Virus record (IMG/VR): IMGVR_UViG_3300023274_000002
Coordinates: 6,633 to 70,632 of that record
Reading direction: 5' to 3' (one strand)
From: a virus
Length of the DNA stretch: 64,000 nucleotides
Shown: piece after piece, positions 19,851 to 29,005 of the stretch
How positions within the stretch are numbered: position 1 is the first letter of the stretch
Layout of the letters: each line of letters starts with the position of its first letter
Notes under the pieces: generated by a model
The model's input: the letters and a program-made list of their open reading frames with translations, nothing else
The model's database searches: none
Told to the model about the DNA's origin: nothing
Position numbers and translations under genes: made by a program

Positions 19851-20477
19851 CTAGCGCCCGCGCTCGATCGCCCGCTGGACCCGCTCCGCCTTGCGCTGCA
19901 CGTCGGCGAGCCGGCGTAGGTGCCGCTCGGCCCGCAGCTTGTCCACGGTGCGCTTGTACCGGTAGATGGTCCGGTCGTTGACGCCGATCCGCTCGCCGAC
20001 CTCTGCCCGGGTCAGGTGGCGCCAGGTGCGCGGCCCGTCGGACACGATCCGCTGCGACAGTTTGAGGCTGGCCACGATCCGCTCACCCGGTGTCGGGTTG
20101 TCGGGGTAGCCGTGCATCAGCATCATCAGGCTGATGCGGCCGACCACCAGACGGCGACCGTCGACGAAGAGTTCCAGCCGGGTGGTCTTCTTCGGCTTGC
20201 GCGCCACCCATGCGTCGTTGAGCTTGACGGCCAGCGGGCAGCGGCACCCGAGGTCGGTGTACGCCCGGCGCGAGTCGTGGGAGCTGGCAGTGCACTCACC
20301 GGTGGATTCGAAGTGGGCCACGACCTTGCGCCGGGCTTCCCGCCGCCGGGCCTTGGCCTGTTCGTGCGCGGACAGCGCCCCCTTGCACCGGCACCTGCGG
20401 GTCCAGGCGTACTCGGTGGCGCTGTGCAGTTCCCCGCGGCACTGCGGATTGGTAGGGGCGATCGTCCGGACCGTCAT
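19851..20477 (-). CDS. zinc-binding + HTH transcription regulator
   Basis: Two H..Y..CRC motifs and C-terminal LTRAEVGERIGVNDRTIYRY HTH. Confidence 0.65.
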   Translation of the reverse strand: MTVRTIAPTNPQCRGELHSATEYAWTRRCRCKGALSAHEQAKARRREARRKVVAHFESTGECTASSHDSRRAYTDLGCRCPLAVKLNDAWVARKPKKTTRLELFVDGRRLVVGRISLMMLMHGYPDNPTPGERIVASLKLSQRIVSDGPRTWRHLTRAEVGERIGVNDRTIYRYKRTVDKLRAERHLRRLADVQRKAERVQRAIERGR

Positions 20478-20527
20478 CGTCGTCTCCTCTCGGTGCGCGG
20501 GGCGGCCGGAGCCGCCCCGCAAGAACG

Positions 20528-20788
20528 CTACTTCTGTGCCTGCGGGTCGACCCGCCACGGCCCGGTGATCACGATGCGCCGCATCGGCACGATGTTCTTG
20601 TCCGGGTCCTTGCTGTCGCCGGTCTCGAACTGCACGTACATGCCGATCTGATCGAGCAGCTTCCGGCCGGCCTCGGTCGGCTCGTGCAGGGCGCTGTCGA
20701 TCAGCCCGAGCGCTTCCAGTTCGTCACCGACGGCCCTCTCCGCCTCGGTCCGGGCCAGGACATCCTCGGTTGCCTTGCGCGTTGCCAT
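20528..20788 (-). CDS. hypothetical protein
   Basis: GGGAG SD. Confidence 0.5.
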   Translation of the reverse strand: MATRKATEDVLARTEAERAVGDELEALGLIDSALHEPTEAGRKLLDQIGMYVQFETGDSKDPDKNIVPMRRIVITGPWRVDPQAQK

Positions 20789-20797
20789 TTCGTCTCC

Positions 20798-21700
20798 CTA
20801 CTTCTCGTCGGCCTGCACGATGCTGACCGAGTACTCACCCTTGCAGATCTCGAACCCGTCGTTGTCGATGGCGCTCGCATTGGCCATGTCCACCAGCGCC
20901 GCGGCGTATCGCACGTCGGTGCACCACAGCGTCAGCCGCTCCCCGGTGGCATCGTGCAGCGTCAGCGTCGGCATGTCCTGCCGGAACCACTGCTCGATGA
21001 ACACGTCCACTTCCTCGCTGGTCCACCAGCCCCGCGGGTCGTCCGGCAGCGTCATCCACAGCGTGTTGTACCGCATGGTCCCGCTCGTGTCGCTCGGAGC
21101 CAGGCCAGGATCGGCCGGCTCCGCCTCGGCCAGCGTCCGCCCGCCGTGCTGGAACGCCCGCGTCCGGTTGTACGCGATCTTCCGCGCGTACTCGACGTCC
21201 AGGTCGATGCCGTATCGCCTAGCCACCGTGACCAGCGTCCGGAGCACGACGGCGAGCCGGTCGGCCGACATCAGTGCCCCGCCGATCTCGTAGTGCAACC
21301 AGGCCATCCAGTCGCCGAACGTGGTCACCATGATCCGCGGGTCCGGCCGATGCTCGCGGATATCGCTCAGGTACTCGTATCCGCTGACGCGGACCCCGAA
21401 CACGTCGGCCATGTCCAGCAGTCGGATCAGCACGTCCGCCAGCTCCGATCCGACACCCTCGGGCTTCGCCGGATGGTTGTCGCACTCGCCGAATGCGCAC
21501 GTGCCGACGGGGGTCGCATCCTCCAGCCGGTGATCCCGGTACGCCTCCAGCGCCTCGCTCACCTCGCTGTGCAGCAGGGCGATGTAGTCGCCGAGCGTGT
21601 TGGATCCGGGACCGCCGCCGGCCGGCCGCCAGCCCTTCTCGACGTTGACCACGCGGATCTCCTCGGTCATCTGCCGCAGCGTCTTGCGCTCGCTCGTCAT
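20798..21700 (-). CDS. MazG-like nucleotide pyrophosphohydrolase
   Basis: IALLHSEVSEALEA..SELADVLIRLLD..YGIDL..KIAYNRTR..HGG. Confidence 0.8.
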   Translation of the reverse strand: MTSERKTLRQMTEEIRVVNVEKGWRPAGGGPGSNTLGDYIALLHSEVSEALEAYRDHRLEDATPVGTCAFGECDNHPAKPEGVGSELADVLIRLLDMADVFGVRVSGYEYLSDIREHRPDPRIMVTTFGDWMAWLHYEIGGALMSADRLAVVLRTLVTVARRYGIDLDVEYARKIAYNRTRAFQHGGRTLAEAEPADPGLAPSDTSGTMRYNTLWMTLPDDPRGWWTSEEVDVFIEQWFRQDMPTLTLHDATGERLTLWCTDVRYAAALVDMANASAIDNDGFEICKGEYSVSIVQADEK

Positions 21701-21702
21701 CG

Positions 21703-22833
21703 TCAGCCCTTCAACGGCATGAGCACGTGCCGCCACGACTCGTTGCCAGGCACGGTGACCACGACGCCGGTGACGACGTCGGTGCGCATCGCGATGTCCA
21801 CCTCGTCGCCCGGCGCCGAGGCAAGCGCGTCGGCGAAGAACCGCGGGTTGAACGCCAGCGTGACCTCCGGCCCGGAGTACTGGGCGTCCACCTCCTCGGC
21901 CCCATCCTGCTTCAGTGTCTCGGCCTTGGCGTTAATGGTGATCAGATCCTCGGAGAAGGCGATCCGCACCGGCCCCTCCTTGTCCCGCACGATCCCCGCG
22001 CGCTTGAGTGGTCCGGCCAGGTCACCGACCTTGACGACCACGTGCTCCGGGTGCTGGTGCCGGAAGAATCCCCGGACCGCCTCGAGCATCGGGTACGGGT
22101 CGGCCACCTGCCGCAGCGTGATCGCCCGCGTCGGCGACGCCAGCGAGATCGAGCCGCCGTCCAGCCCGATCTCCACCTCGTCAGGCCCGGTGAACGCCTC
22201 GGCCACGTCCACCATCGTCTGCGCCATCACCAGCGCGGTCGCCTCGACGGAGTCGAGGCCGGCGTGGTCATGATCGAACGGTGCGATGTCCCGCGCAGCA
22301 CGGAACGAGTTGGTCGCCATCGCGGTCACCTCATTCTCGCCGAACGTGAGGTGCATCAGGTGCAGGGCAAGCGGCTGCTTCGGGTCCACCGACCGCGCCG
22401 CGCCGGCCCGGTGGATCGCCGAGGCGAGCCGGTCGCCAGGTGCCCGGCCGAGGATCGGCAGCTTGTCCGGCAGCGGCGGGAAGTCGTCCGCGTCAAACGT
22501 CGGCAGGGTGTACGTGAACCGGCTTGCGGTCAGGATCATCCCGTCCTTGTCGTCCTGGCGCAGCTCCACCGGCTTAGCCGGGAACGTGCCCACGAGCGCG
22601 TCCAGCAGCCGGCCGGACACGACGGTCCGGCCGGATCCGTCGCCGTCGACCGGCACGATCGCCCGGGCGGTCACCGTCTCGTTGTACGCGGTGATGGCCA
22701 TCGACCCGTCGCCGACGTCGATCAGCAGGCCACCCTGGATCGGGACGGTCGGCTTGGCGTCCAGGAACTTGGCCGCCCACTTGACGGCCGCCGCGAATAC
22801 CTGCGGCTTCGCCGTGATGGTTCCCTCGATCAC
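21703..22833 (-). CDS. dnaN: DNA polymerase III beta sliding clamp
   Basis: 376 aa; PTVPIQGG, VVSGRLL, DDFPPLP, ATNSFRAA, AFNPRF, LMPLK. Confidence 0.9.
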   Translation of the reverse strand: MIEGTITAKPQVFAAAVKWAAKFLDAKPTVPIQGGLLIDVGDGSMAITAYNETVTARAIVPVDGDGSGRTVVSGRLLDALVGTFPAKPVELRQDDKDGMILTASRFTYTLPTFDADDFPPLPDKLPILGRAPGDRLASAIHRAGAARSVDPKQPLALHLMHLTFGENEVTAMATNSFRAARDIAPFDHDHAGLDSVEATALVMAQTMVDVAEAFTGPDEVEIGLDGGSISLASPTRAITLRQVADPYPMLEAVRGFFRHQHPEHVVVKVGDLAGPLKRAGIVRDKEGPVRIAFSEDLITINAKAETLKQDGAEEVDAQYSGPEVTLAFNPRFFADALASAPGDEVDIAMRTDVVTGVVVTVPGNESWRHVLMPLKG

Positions 22834-23294
22834 TTGCTCGTCCCCTCTCGGTTGATCTCGTGCGCCAGGAAGGCGTCGAAGTCCGGGTAGACCTCGGTCG
22901 CCGGGTGGCAGTGAAACACGTGCTCGCGCGGGCCGACGAGGATGAGCCGCATCGGCGCGTCGGTGGACTCACCGAGCCATGGATATTCGTCGTGCACGGT
23001 GATCGCGACACCGTGCTCAACGTGCCGCCCACCGCGCCCGCCCTCGCCGGTGAACGAGACGATGGCGTGGCACATGCTCAGGTCTTCCAGGTCTTTCTGC
23101 GCGTACCTCCACGCCCGGGCGACCATGGCGGGGCTCCCCAGGTTCTCGGCACTGAATCCCGCGTCCACGGCGGTAAGATCCGGCTCCAGCCAGCGCGAAA
23201 CCACGACCGCGCCGATCTGCGCGGCGTGCATCCGGTCGGCGTTCGCCTTGAGCTCGGCCCGTCGCGTGTACGCGCCCGCGAAGTAGTAGCGCAT
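22830..23294 (-). CDS. nucleoside 2-deoxyribosyltransferase-like protein
   Basis: YYFAGAY..SRWL..DLEDL..C.AIV..GGRHVEHGVA..VGPREHVFH. Confidence 0.65.
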   Translation of the reverse strand: MRYYFAGAYTRRAELKANADRMHAAQIGAVVVSRWLEPDLTAVDAGFSAENLGSPAMVARAWRYAQKDLEDLSMCHAIVSFTGEGGRGGRHVEHGVAITVHDEYPWLGESTDAPMRLILVGPREHVFHCHPATEVYPDFDAFLAHEINREGTSK

Positions 23295-24268
23295 CACGAC
23301 TCCACGTCGAACAGGGTCTCGGGCTCCTCGGCCGCCTTGACGTCCACCGCGGCGAGGTTGCGCAGGGTCTGCTTGTAGTAGCTGGTCTTGAGCTCGGCGC
23401 CGATGCCGCGCCGGCCGCACCGGACGGCCTCGTACACCTCGCTGCCGACGCCCATGAACGGCGTGAACACCGTCTCGCCGGGGTTGCTCCAGAGCTGCAC
23501 GCCGCGGTGAATCACGTCGAGCTGAAGCGGGTGGACGTGCTTCTCGTCGTCGTCCTCCCGGCTCTCCCGGAACGGCAGCACGTTGTCCAGCCGCACGTCG
23601 TCCCAGAAGGCCGACGCGTACTGCCGCCACACCCAGTGCGAGAACCGGTTCTCAGTCTGCTTGCCGGTCCACCCGCGGTAGGGCAGCAGCTCGGCCGGCA
23701 TCTCGCGCTCGCCTGCGTACTCGGTCAGCCCGATCGGGTTGGCGATCGGCACCGGGTTGTCGCCGCGCTTGCGGAACGCCAGCAGGTAATCGGCCGACGC
23801 CACCGAGCAGTTGCTGGCATCCTCCACGATCGTCTTGTGCGCGAGGCCTTTCGTCATGGTCCGGTTCCGCACGGTCAGCGGTTCTTTCCAGACGTGGTAG
23901 CGCCCGACGTAGGCGAACCCCAGCTTGTCGTGCATCCGGATGATGTCGCCGGGGAAGTCGCGCAGCGCGTCGTTGCGTCCGGAGTTGGACAGCGGCACGT
24001 CCATGCAGTGCACCAGCGACCGACGGCCCGGCATGGTGATCCGGTGCAGCTCGCGGGTCAGCATCTCGTAGTGCGCGAAGAACTCCTCGTACGACCGGTT
24101 GTTGCTCAGGTCCCGCTCGCTGGACGAGTAGTGGTAGAGGCCGGCGAACGGCGGTGAGTAGATCGACAGGTGGATGCTGTCGTCCGGGTAGCTCTGCATG
24201 ACCTCCATCGAGTCGCCGTTGTAGACCGCCCACCGGTCGGTGATCTGCTGGTCGAGCACGTTGCCCAT
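23294..24268 (-). CDS. DNA methyltransferase (N4-C/N6-A, beta class)
   Basis: SIYSPPF catalytic motif precedes VFTPFMGVGSE SAM motif; HVHPLQLD. Confidence 0.9.
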   Translation of the reverse strand: MGNVLDQQITDRWAVYNGDSMEVMQSYPDDSIHLSIYSPPFAGLYHYSSSERDLSNNRSYEEFFAHYEMLTRELHRITMPGRRSLVHCMDVPLSNSGRNDALRDFPGDIIRMHDKLGFAYVGRYHVWKEPLTVRNRTMTKGLAHKTIVEDASNCSVASADYLLAFRKRGDNPVPIANPIGLTEYAGEREMPAELLPYRGWTGKQTENRFSHWVWRQYASAFWDDVRLDNVLPFRESREDDDEKHVHPLQLDVIHRGVQLWSNPGETVFTPFMGVGSEVYEAVRCGRRGIGAELKTSYYKQTLRNLAAVDVKAAEEPETLFDVES

Positions 24269-24285
24269 CGTCGTCCTCTCGGTTG

Positions 24286-24507
24286 TCACTGGATGATTCC
24301 GCGGCGCCGAGCCTCGGCCCGTCCGTCGTCGGTGATGGTCACTTCGGTCTGGTTGCCCTCGACCCATTCCAGCTTGGCAAGGCCGCGTGATCGAAGCGCC
24401 TCAGCGGTTCTCCCCCATCGGCCGTAGGTGCCTACGTACATCTGAGGATGAGTGGCGATGTCGGTCAGCAGCTCCGCTTGCGGAGCCGTCAGTCTCACCG
24501 AAGCCAT
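24286..24507 (-). CDS. small winged-helix-like protein
   Basis: LTAPQAELL..RTAEALRSRGLA..ITDDGR. Confidence 0.5.
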   Translation of the reverse strand: MASVRLTAPQAELLTDIATHPQMYVGTYGRWGRTAEALRSRGLAKLEWVEGNQTEVTITDDGRAEARRRGIIQ

Positions 24508-25886
24508 GGCGGCACCTGCACGGGGTTCGGGTAGTCGCTGACGGCATGCACGGCGAGCGCGTTGCGCATGTGTCGGGTGAGCGAGTCGAACATCTTGTCG
24601 GCGGCCTCGGCCTTGCGTCGCAGGCTGGCAAACGTCCGCCCGCCGCCGGGCGTGGTCACGATGTCGACGGTGACCGGGTGCTGCTGGCCGAACCGCCACG
24701 AGCGGCGTACAGCCTGGTAGTACTGCTCGTAGGAGTGCGAGGGGAAGTAGGTCATGCGGTTGCAGTGCTGCCAGTTCAGGCCCCAGGCGCCCAGCTTCGG
24801 CTTGGTCACCAGCACCCGGATCTCCCCGCGGCTGAACGCGTGAAGCTTCTCCTCCTTGGCCTCCGGCGAGTCCGAGCCGGCCACCTGCACTGCGCCGTCG
24901 ATCAGCTTGGTGAGCAGGTCACCCTCGTCGTTCAGGTGACACCATGCCACCGCGGATGGCGCGGTGGCGAGCAGGTCGGCCGCCTTCTCGCACCGCTCGT
25001 GCAGGGTGCGCCGGATCTCCTCGCGCTCCTCGTGCAGCCCGACAGCCGGCACGTCGAACAGCCGGCCCTCGGCCACCGACTGCACCTCGATCTTGTGCCG
25101 CCTCTCGATCAGCTCGGGCAGTACGTACCCGTCATCGGGGAAGCCGAGGTCGGACGGCCGCCGTACGGCCCGGGCCCACGACACGACCCAGCGCCAGAAC
25201 GCGTCTTCCGCGTGACCCTTGAAGCGCCATTGCTGACCCTCCCAGACCCGCGGCGCGCCGTGCCCCTTCCATCGACCCTTCGTGTCGGCGGTTTTGTTGG
25301 CGTTGATGAAGAACCGCCCGAGCATGTCCATGTGCCCGAGGTAGCCCAGTGCCTCGCTCGAGGTGCCCAGCTCCACGTAGTCGTTGGGCGCCGCCGTGGC
25401 GGTGGCCAGCATCCGGTAGGGCACGGTGCGCAGGAACTCGGTCACCAGCGCCTTGCGCTTGCCGTCGAAGTTCTTGATCGCCGACGACTCGTCGCAGACC
25501 ACCGCGCCGAAGTCGGCCGGCGAGAACTTCTCGAGCTGCTCATAGTTGGTGATGACGATCGGCGCGCCGATCTTTCCGTCGCGCGAGGTGGCCGCCTCGA
25601 TCCCGAACTTCGCCGCCTCGTCCTCGGTCTGGAATGCCACCGCCAGCGGCGTCAGCACGAGCACCGGCTTGCCGGTGGCAAGGTGCGCGTTCTGCGCCCA
25701 CGTCAACTGCATCGGCGTCTTGCCCAGACCGCAGTCGGCGAACAGGGCGCCACGCCCGAGACGGCACGCCCACTCGGTCAGCGAGCGCTGGAAGCCGAAC
25801 AGGAAGTCCGGCTGCCACGCGAACGGGAACCCGTCGTCGCTGCCGTACTGGCTCTTACCGGCCAGGAAGTCGATGTACTCGCTCAC
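24495..25886 (-). CDS. SNF2-family helicase
   Basis: FADCGLGKT, VVCDESS, ATATAAPND, WGLNWQ, QAVRRSWRFGQ. Confidence 0.9.
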   Translation of the reverse strand: MSEYIDFLAGKSQYGSDDGFPFAWQPDFLFGFQRSLTEWACRLGRGALFADCGLGKTPMQLTWAQNAHLATGKPVLVLTPLAVAFQTEDEAAKFGIEAATSRDGKIGAPIVITNYEQLEKFSPADFGAVVCDESSAIKNFDGKRKALVTEFLRTVPYRMLATATAAPNDYVELGTSSEALGYLGHMDMLGRFFINANKTADTKGRWKGHGAPRVWEGQQWRFKGHAEDAFWRWVVSWARAVRRPSDLGFPDDGYVLPELIERRHKIEVQSVAEGRLFDVPAVGLHEEREEIRRTLHERCEKAADLLATAPSAVAWCHLNDEGDLLTKLIDGAVQVAGSDSPEAKEEKLHAFSRGEIRVLVTKPKLGAWGLNWQHCNRMTYFPSHSYEQYYQAVRRSWRFGQQHPVTVDIVTTPGGGRTFASLRRKAEAADKMFDSLTRHMRNALAVHAVSDYPNPVQVPPWLR

Positions 25887-26122
25887 GCTGTCGCCCGGGG
25901 TCGCGGCGCACGGTACTGCCGGACCGGTCCGTCGGCGCGCTCCAGGCCCAGCCGATCGGCCGTCTCCTGGACCGTCTCGTCGACGAACTGGTCTACCGCC
26001 CTCGCGACCACCTTGGTCATGTCGACGTCGTAGCCGGCTTCCCGCATGACCTCGGCCTTGGAGATGCCGAGCTTCCACCGCTCCTTCGGGTACCGCACGT
26101 TCTGCTTGTCGGTGTTGGCCAC
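25883..26122 (-). CDS. putative ribbon-helix-helix DNA-binding protein
   Basis: KQNVRYPKERW strand-helix pattern, then DMTKVVARAVDQFV helix; GGAGG SD before GTG; motif dyad upstream. Confidence 0.55.
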   Translation of the reverse strand: MANTDKQNVRYPKERWKLGISKAEVMREAGYDVDMTKVVARAVDQFVDETVQETADRLGLERADGPVRQYRAPRPRATA

Positions 26123-26150
26123 CGGAACCTCCCTCGTCAGTCAATAAAAA

Positions 26151-26178
26151 ACTGTACCCCCATTATCGGGGGTACAGT
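26151..26178. promoter_or_regulatory. dyad ACTGTACCCCC-N6-GGGGGTACAGT (putative operator)
   Basis: Perfect 11-bp inverted repeat made of two motif copies. Confidence 0.75.
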
Positions 26179-26200
26179 CACCATTTAGCAAGCGCCCAGC

Positions 26201-26674
26201 TCAGTCCGCCTGAGTCGGCTCCACCAGCGCGGTCGGGCCGAGGTAGTCGGCCGACTCCTCCCACAGGGTGACCTCGGCGGTCAGCGATCCCACCTGGTGC
26301 TCCAGGTCGTCGATCCGCCCGAGGAGCACCTGCTGCTCCTCCTCGGCCTTGGCTGCCCGATCCATCGCGCTCTCGTGCGCCCGGGCGACGTCGTTGGTCA
26401 TCCCGCGCTGCGCCTCCAGCGATCCGGTCAGCCGTTCGATCTCGGCCCGCTGGCGGGACATCTCGCCGACAGCTACCAGGACCAGCGAGGTAGCGAACCC
26501 CTGATCCAGCGAGCATGCCACGCCGAGGCGGATCATCGGCGCGGGGCCGATGCACAGCGGCTCCCCGCCGCAGTCCGGAAGTTCCCGAACGTGCTCTTCC
26601 CGCGCCTCGATCAGCTCGTTCAGTACCTGCGCTGAATCCCGGTATTCCTTCTCGCGCTCTTCGCGTGAGTGCAT
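26201..26674 (-). CDS. coiled-coil protein
   Basis: TGATG coupling, heptad-rich C-term. Confidence 0.55.
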   Translation of the reverse strand: MHSREEREKEYRDSAQVLNELIEAREEHVRELPDCGGEPLCIGPAPMIRLGVACSLDQGFATSLVLVAVGEMSRQRAEIERLTGSLEAQRGMTNDVARAHESAMDRAAKAEEEQQVLLGRIDDLEHQVGSLTAEVTLWEESADYLGPTALVEPTQAD

Positions 26675-27504
26675 CAGGCCCCGCCCCCCTCTGTCGTCTT
26701 CTGCTTGGCGAGCCGCGCGGCGCCGACCCTGCGCACCAGCCGCCACAGCTCGATCTCTTCGTCGTCCAGTCCCTTGACCACGGCATTGGCCAAGCTCTGA
26801 TCGCCGGCCAGCTCGTCGCGGATCTGCTGAAGCCGGGGGATCGTCGTACGTTCATCGATGATCTCGGCGTGATACTGAGCCGGCGTAGGCCGCGGCGGCC
26901 CGGCGAGTTCATGCTGCGGGCCGTTTTCGGTGTCCCGCTCCGGCTGGTTGGTGGGGATGGCCAGTGCCTTGATGTAGAACTCCCGGAGAGCCACCGACTG
27001 CGCCTTGGTGGACGCCTTGTCGCCGGTATCGAAGGCCTCCCCCAGCGACTCAAACATCAGCGGCACGACGGTCCCCGCGTCGTTGGGCGCCGACAGCATG
27101 TCGCCACGCGGCCCCATGATGATGTAGCTGACCACGGCGCGGCAGTAGTTCATGACGGCGCCGGACTTGGCTGTCACCACCGTGTACTCCGGCCTCACCC
27201 GAGCCGGCATCACCGAGATGCCGTGCTTGCGCACCGCGGGTCCGACGACGTTGAGCACGGCATCGATGCCCCGGAACTCGTAGTTGAGCCCCTTGCTCGT
27301 GCCCTTCTTGACGTACTCAACCTCGGCCTGCACTCGCGTCCACGCCACGTGCACCGGCACGTCCAGGTTCGCCTCGATGTCCGACTCTGCCAGCTCGGCG
27401 ACCGCCTGGCCGTTCTGCTCCGGCGTCGGCGGTACCCACTGCGGATCCGGCCCGTCGGGCAGTTGTGTTCGCTCCGCCGCCTCGACCCTGTCCTTCAATC
27501 CCAT
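26674..27504 (-). CDS. ERF-family ssDNA annealing protein
   Basis: YEFRGIDAVLNVVGPA.RKHG..GEAFDTGDKASTKAQSVA. Confidence 0.85.
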   Translation of the reverse strand: MGLKDRVEAAERTQLPDGPDPQWVPPTPEQNGQAVAELAESDIEANLDVPVHVAWTRVQAEVEYVKKGTSKGLNYEFRGIDAVLNVVGPAVRKHGISVMPARVRPEYTVVTAKSGAVMNYCRAVVSYIIMGPRGDMLSAPNDAGTVVPLMFESLGEAFDTGDKASTKAQSVALREFYIKALAIPTNQPERDTENGPQHELAGPPRPTPAQYHAEIIDERTTIPRLQQIRDELAGDQSLANAVVKGLDDEEIELWRLVRRVGAARLAKQKTTEGGGA

Positions 27505-27515
27505 GTCGTCTCCTC

Positions 27516-28439
27516 TCAGACCAGCTCGGTAGAGATGTCCTCCACCGGGCCCGCGCCGTCGGTCAGCGTACGCACCGGCCACGACCCGTCCACGGTGGCC
27601 GCGTCCCCCTTCTTGCCCTGCGAGAGGAAGTAGTCCCTCAGCCCGTCGGCCTGCTCGCGCGCCCACCGCACCTGCGCGGCGTGCAGTTCGGGCAGGCTCA
27701 TGGCGCTGACCGCGGCGAACGACCGGACCAGGTCGAGCGGGTCTTTGCGCCCGGCGTAGTGCTGCATGAAGGGGTGCATCTGGAAGCTCATCGGCGGCCC
27801 GCCGAACTGCTCGATGTAGTCCGCCGCGGCGGCCGATCGCCGGCTGATCCGGAAGGCGATCCGCAGTGCTGCGAACACGTCGGCCGTAGCCCCGTGCGCC
27901 GACCCCTCCGCCATCGGCACGCCGTAGTGCGCGGCGACCGCCTCGAGCTTCCGACTTCCCCTGCGGTACCGGTCCACCGCCTTGTCCAGCACGTATGTGT
28001 CGATGACGGGGAACCGGGACACCTCCTGGCCACCGATGACCACTCCGACCATGCTGTCTCCGAACGTCACCGGATCGCAGATCAGGAATCCGACCTCGGT
28101 CCGCCGCATCTCGCGATCAAGGATGGTCAGGTCATAGCTGAGGTTGTGCCCGGTGATCGGCCGCTCGGGCCCCGCCAGGTCGGCGATGGTTGCCGCGATC
28201 AGCGCCACCCCCGGCGCCCGGTCAGTGCCTTCCTCCCGTGCCCGCTCGGTCGTGATGCCGTGGACGCCGGTCGCCTCGTCAGGGATGTTCCGCTCCGGCT
28301 TGAGCATCAGCTCCATCGCCTGCGGCTCCACCCCCGGCGCCAGCGACACGTGCGCCGCCGTGATGATCCGCGCGTCGAGCGGTTCCTTGCCATCGGTCTC
28401 GAGGTCGAACCCGAGCGCCCCGCCGGTCCACCACGTCAC
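27516..28439 (-). CDS. DnaQ-like 3'-5' exonuclease
   Basis: GFDLETDG (ExoI), GHNLSYDL (ExoII), AHGATADV (ExoIII). Confidence 0.9.
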   Translation of the reverse strand: MTWWTGGALGFDLETDGKEPLDARIITAAHVSLAPGVEPQAMELMLKPERNIPDEATGVHGITTERAREEGTDRAPGVALIAATIADLAGPERPITGHNLSYDLTILDREMRRTEVGFLICDPVTFGDSMVGVVIGGQEVSRFPVIDTYVLDKAVDRYRRGSRKLEAVAAHYGVPMAEGSAHGATADVFAALRIAFRISRRSAAAADYIEQFGGPPMSFQMHPFMQHYAGRKDPLDLVRSFAAVSAMSLPELHAAQVRWAREQADGLRDYFLSQGKKGDAATVDGSWPVRTLTDGAGPVEDISTELV

Positions 28440-29005
28440 GGGTGCTCCTCCCCCGAGCATCCGCACGCGGGAATCTCGCACACCCGCTTGAACGGCGGCG
28501 GCACCTCGCACGGCTCGCCGGTGACCGGGTCTCTCCCCTCCGCCTGCCACGGCCGCGTCCCGTGGCCCTGCACGGTCAGCCCCGCGGTGAGCGCCTTGTA
28601 AAGACTGGTCTCGCGCAGCCATCCTAGGGGGTCGTTGATGGACTGCTCGTTGACCTCGTCCAGTGCCCGCTCCAGCGAGGAGTGCGCTACCTCCCCGCCG
28701 TCGTGCGCGTCGACTTCATCGGCGAATCCCCACGCGTACCGGAAGGCGTGCAGCGCTGCTCCTCGCATCAGCATCGCCGCCGTGTTGTAGCGGTGCCCCG
28801 CGCTCATCTCCGCGATCCGCAGCCACCGCCCGTCCCGTGTCCGCCACCACTCGCCTTGAGTGAACCGCGCCGTCACGCTCAGCGGCTTGCCGTCCGGGCT
28901 GTAGCCGATCGACGCCGCATAGGTCGCGCGGCTCATGATGGTGGGGCCACCGCTGATGACTCCGCCGCTGTCGAGGAACCCCTCTACGCTGTTCTTGCCC
29001 GTCAC
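28436..29005 (-). CDS. hypothetical protein
   Basis: WRTRDGRWLRIAEMSAGH; AGGAG SD. Confidence 0.55.
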   Translation of the reverse strand: MTGKNSVEGFLDSGGVISGGPTIMSRATYAASIGYSPDGKPLSVTARFTQGEWWRTRDGRWLRIAEMSAGHRYNTAAMLMRGAALHAFRYAWGFADEVDAHDGGEVAHSSLERALDEVNEQSINDPLGWLRETSLYKALTAGLTVQGHGTRPWQAEGRDPVTGEPCEVPPPFKRVCEIPACGCSGEEHP

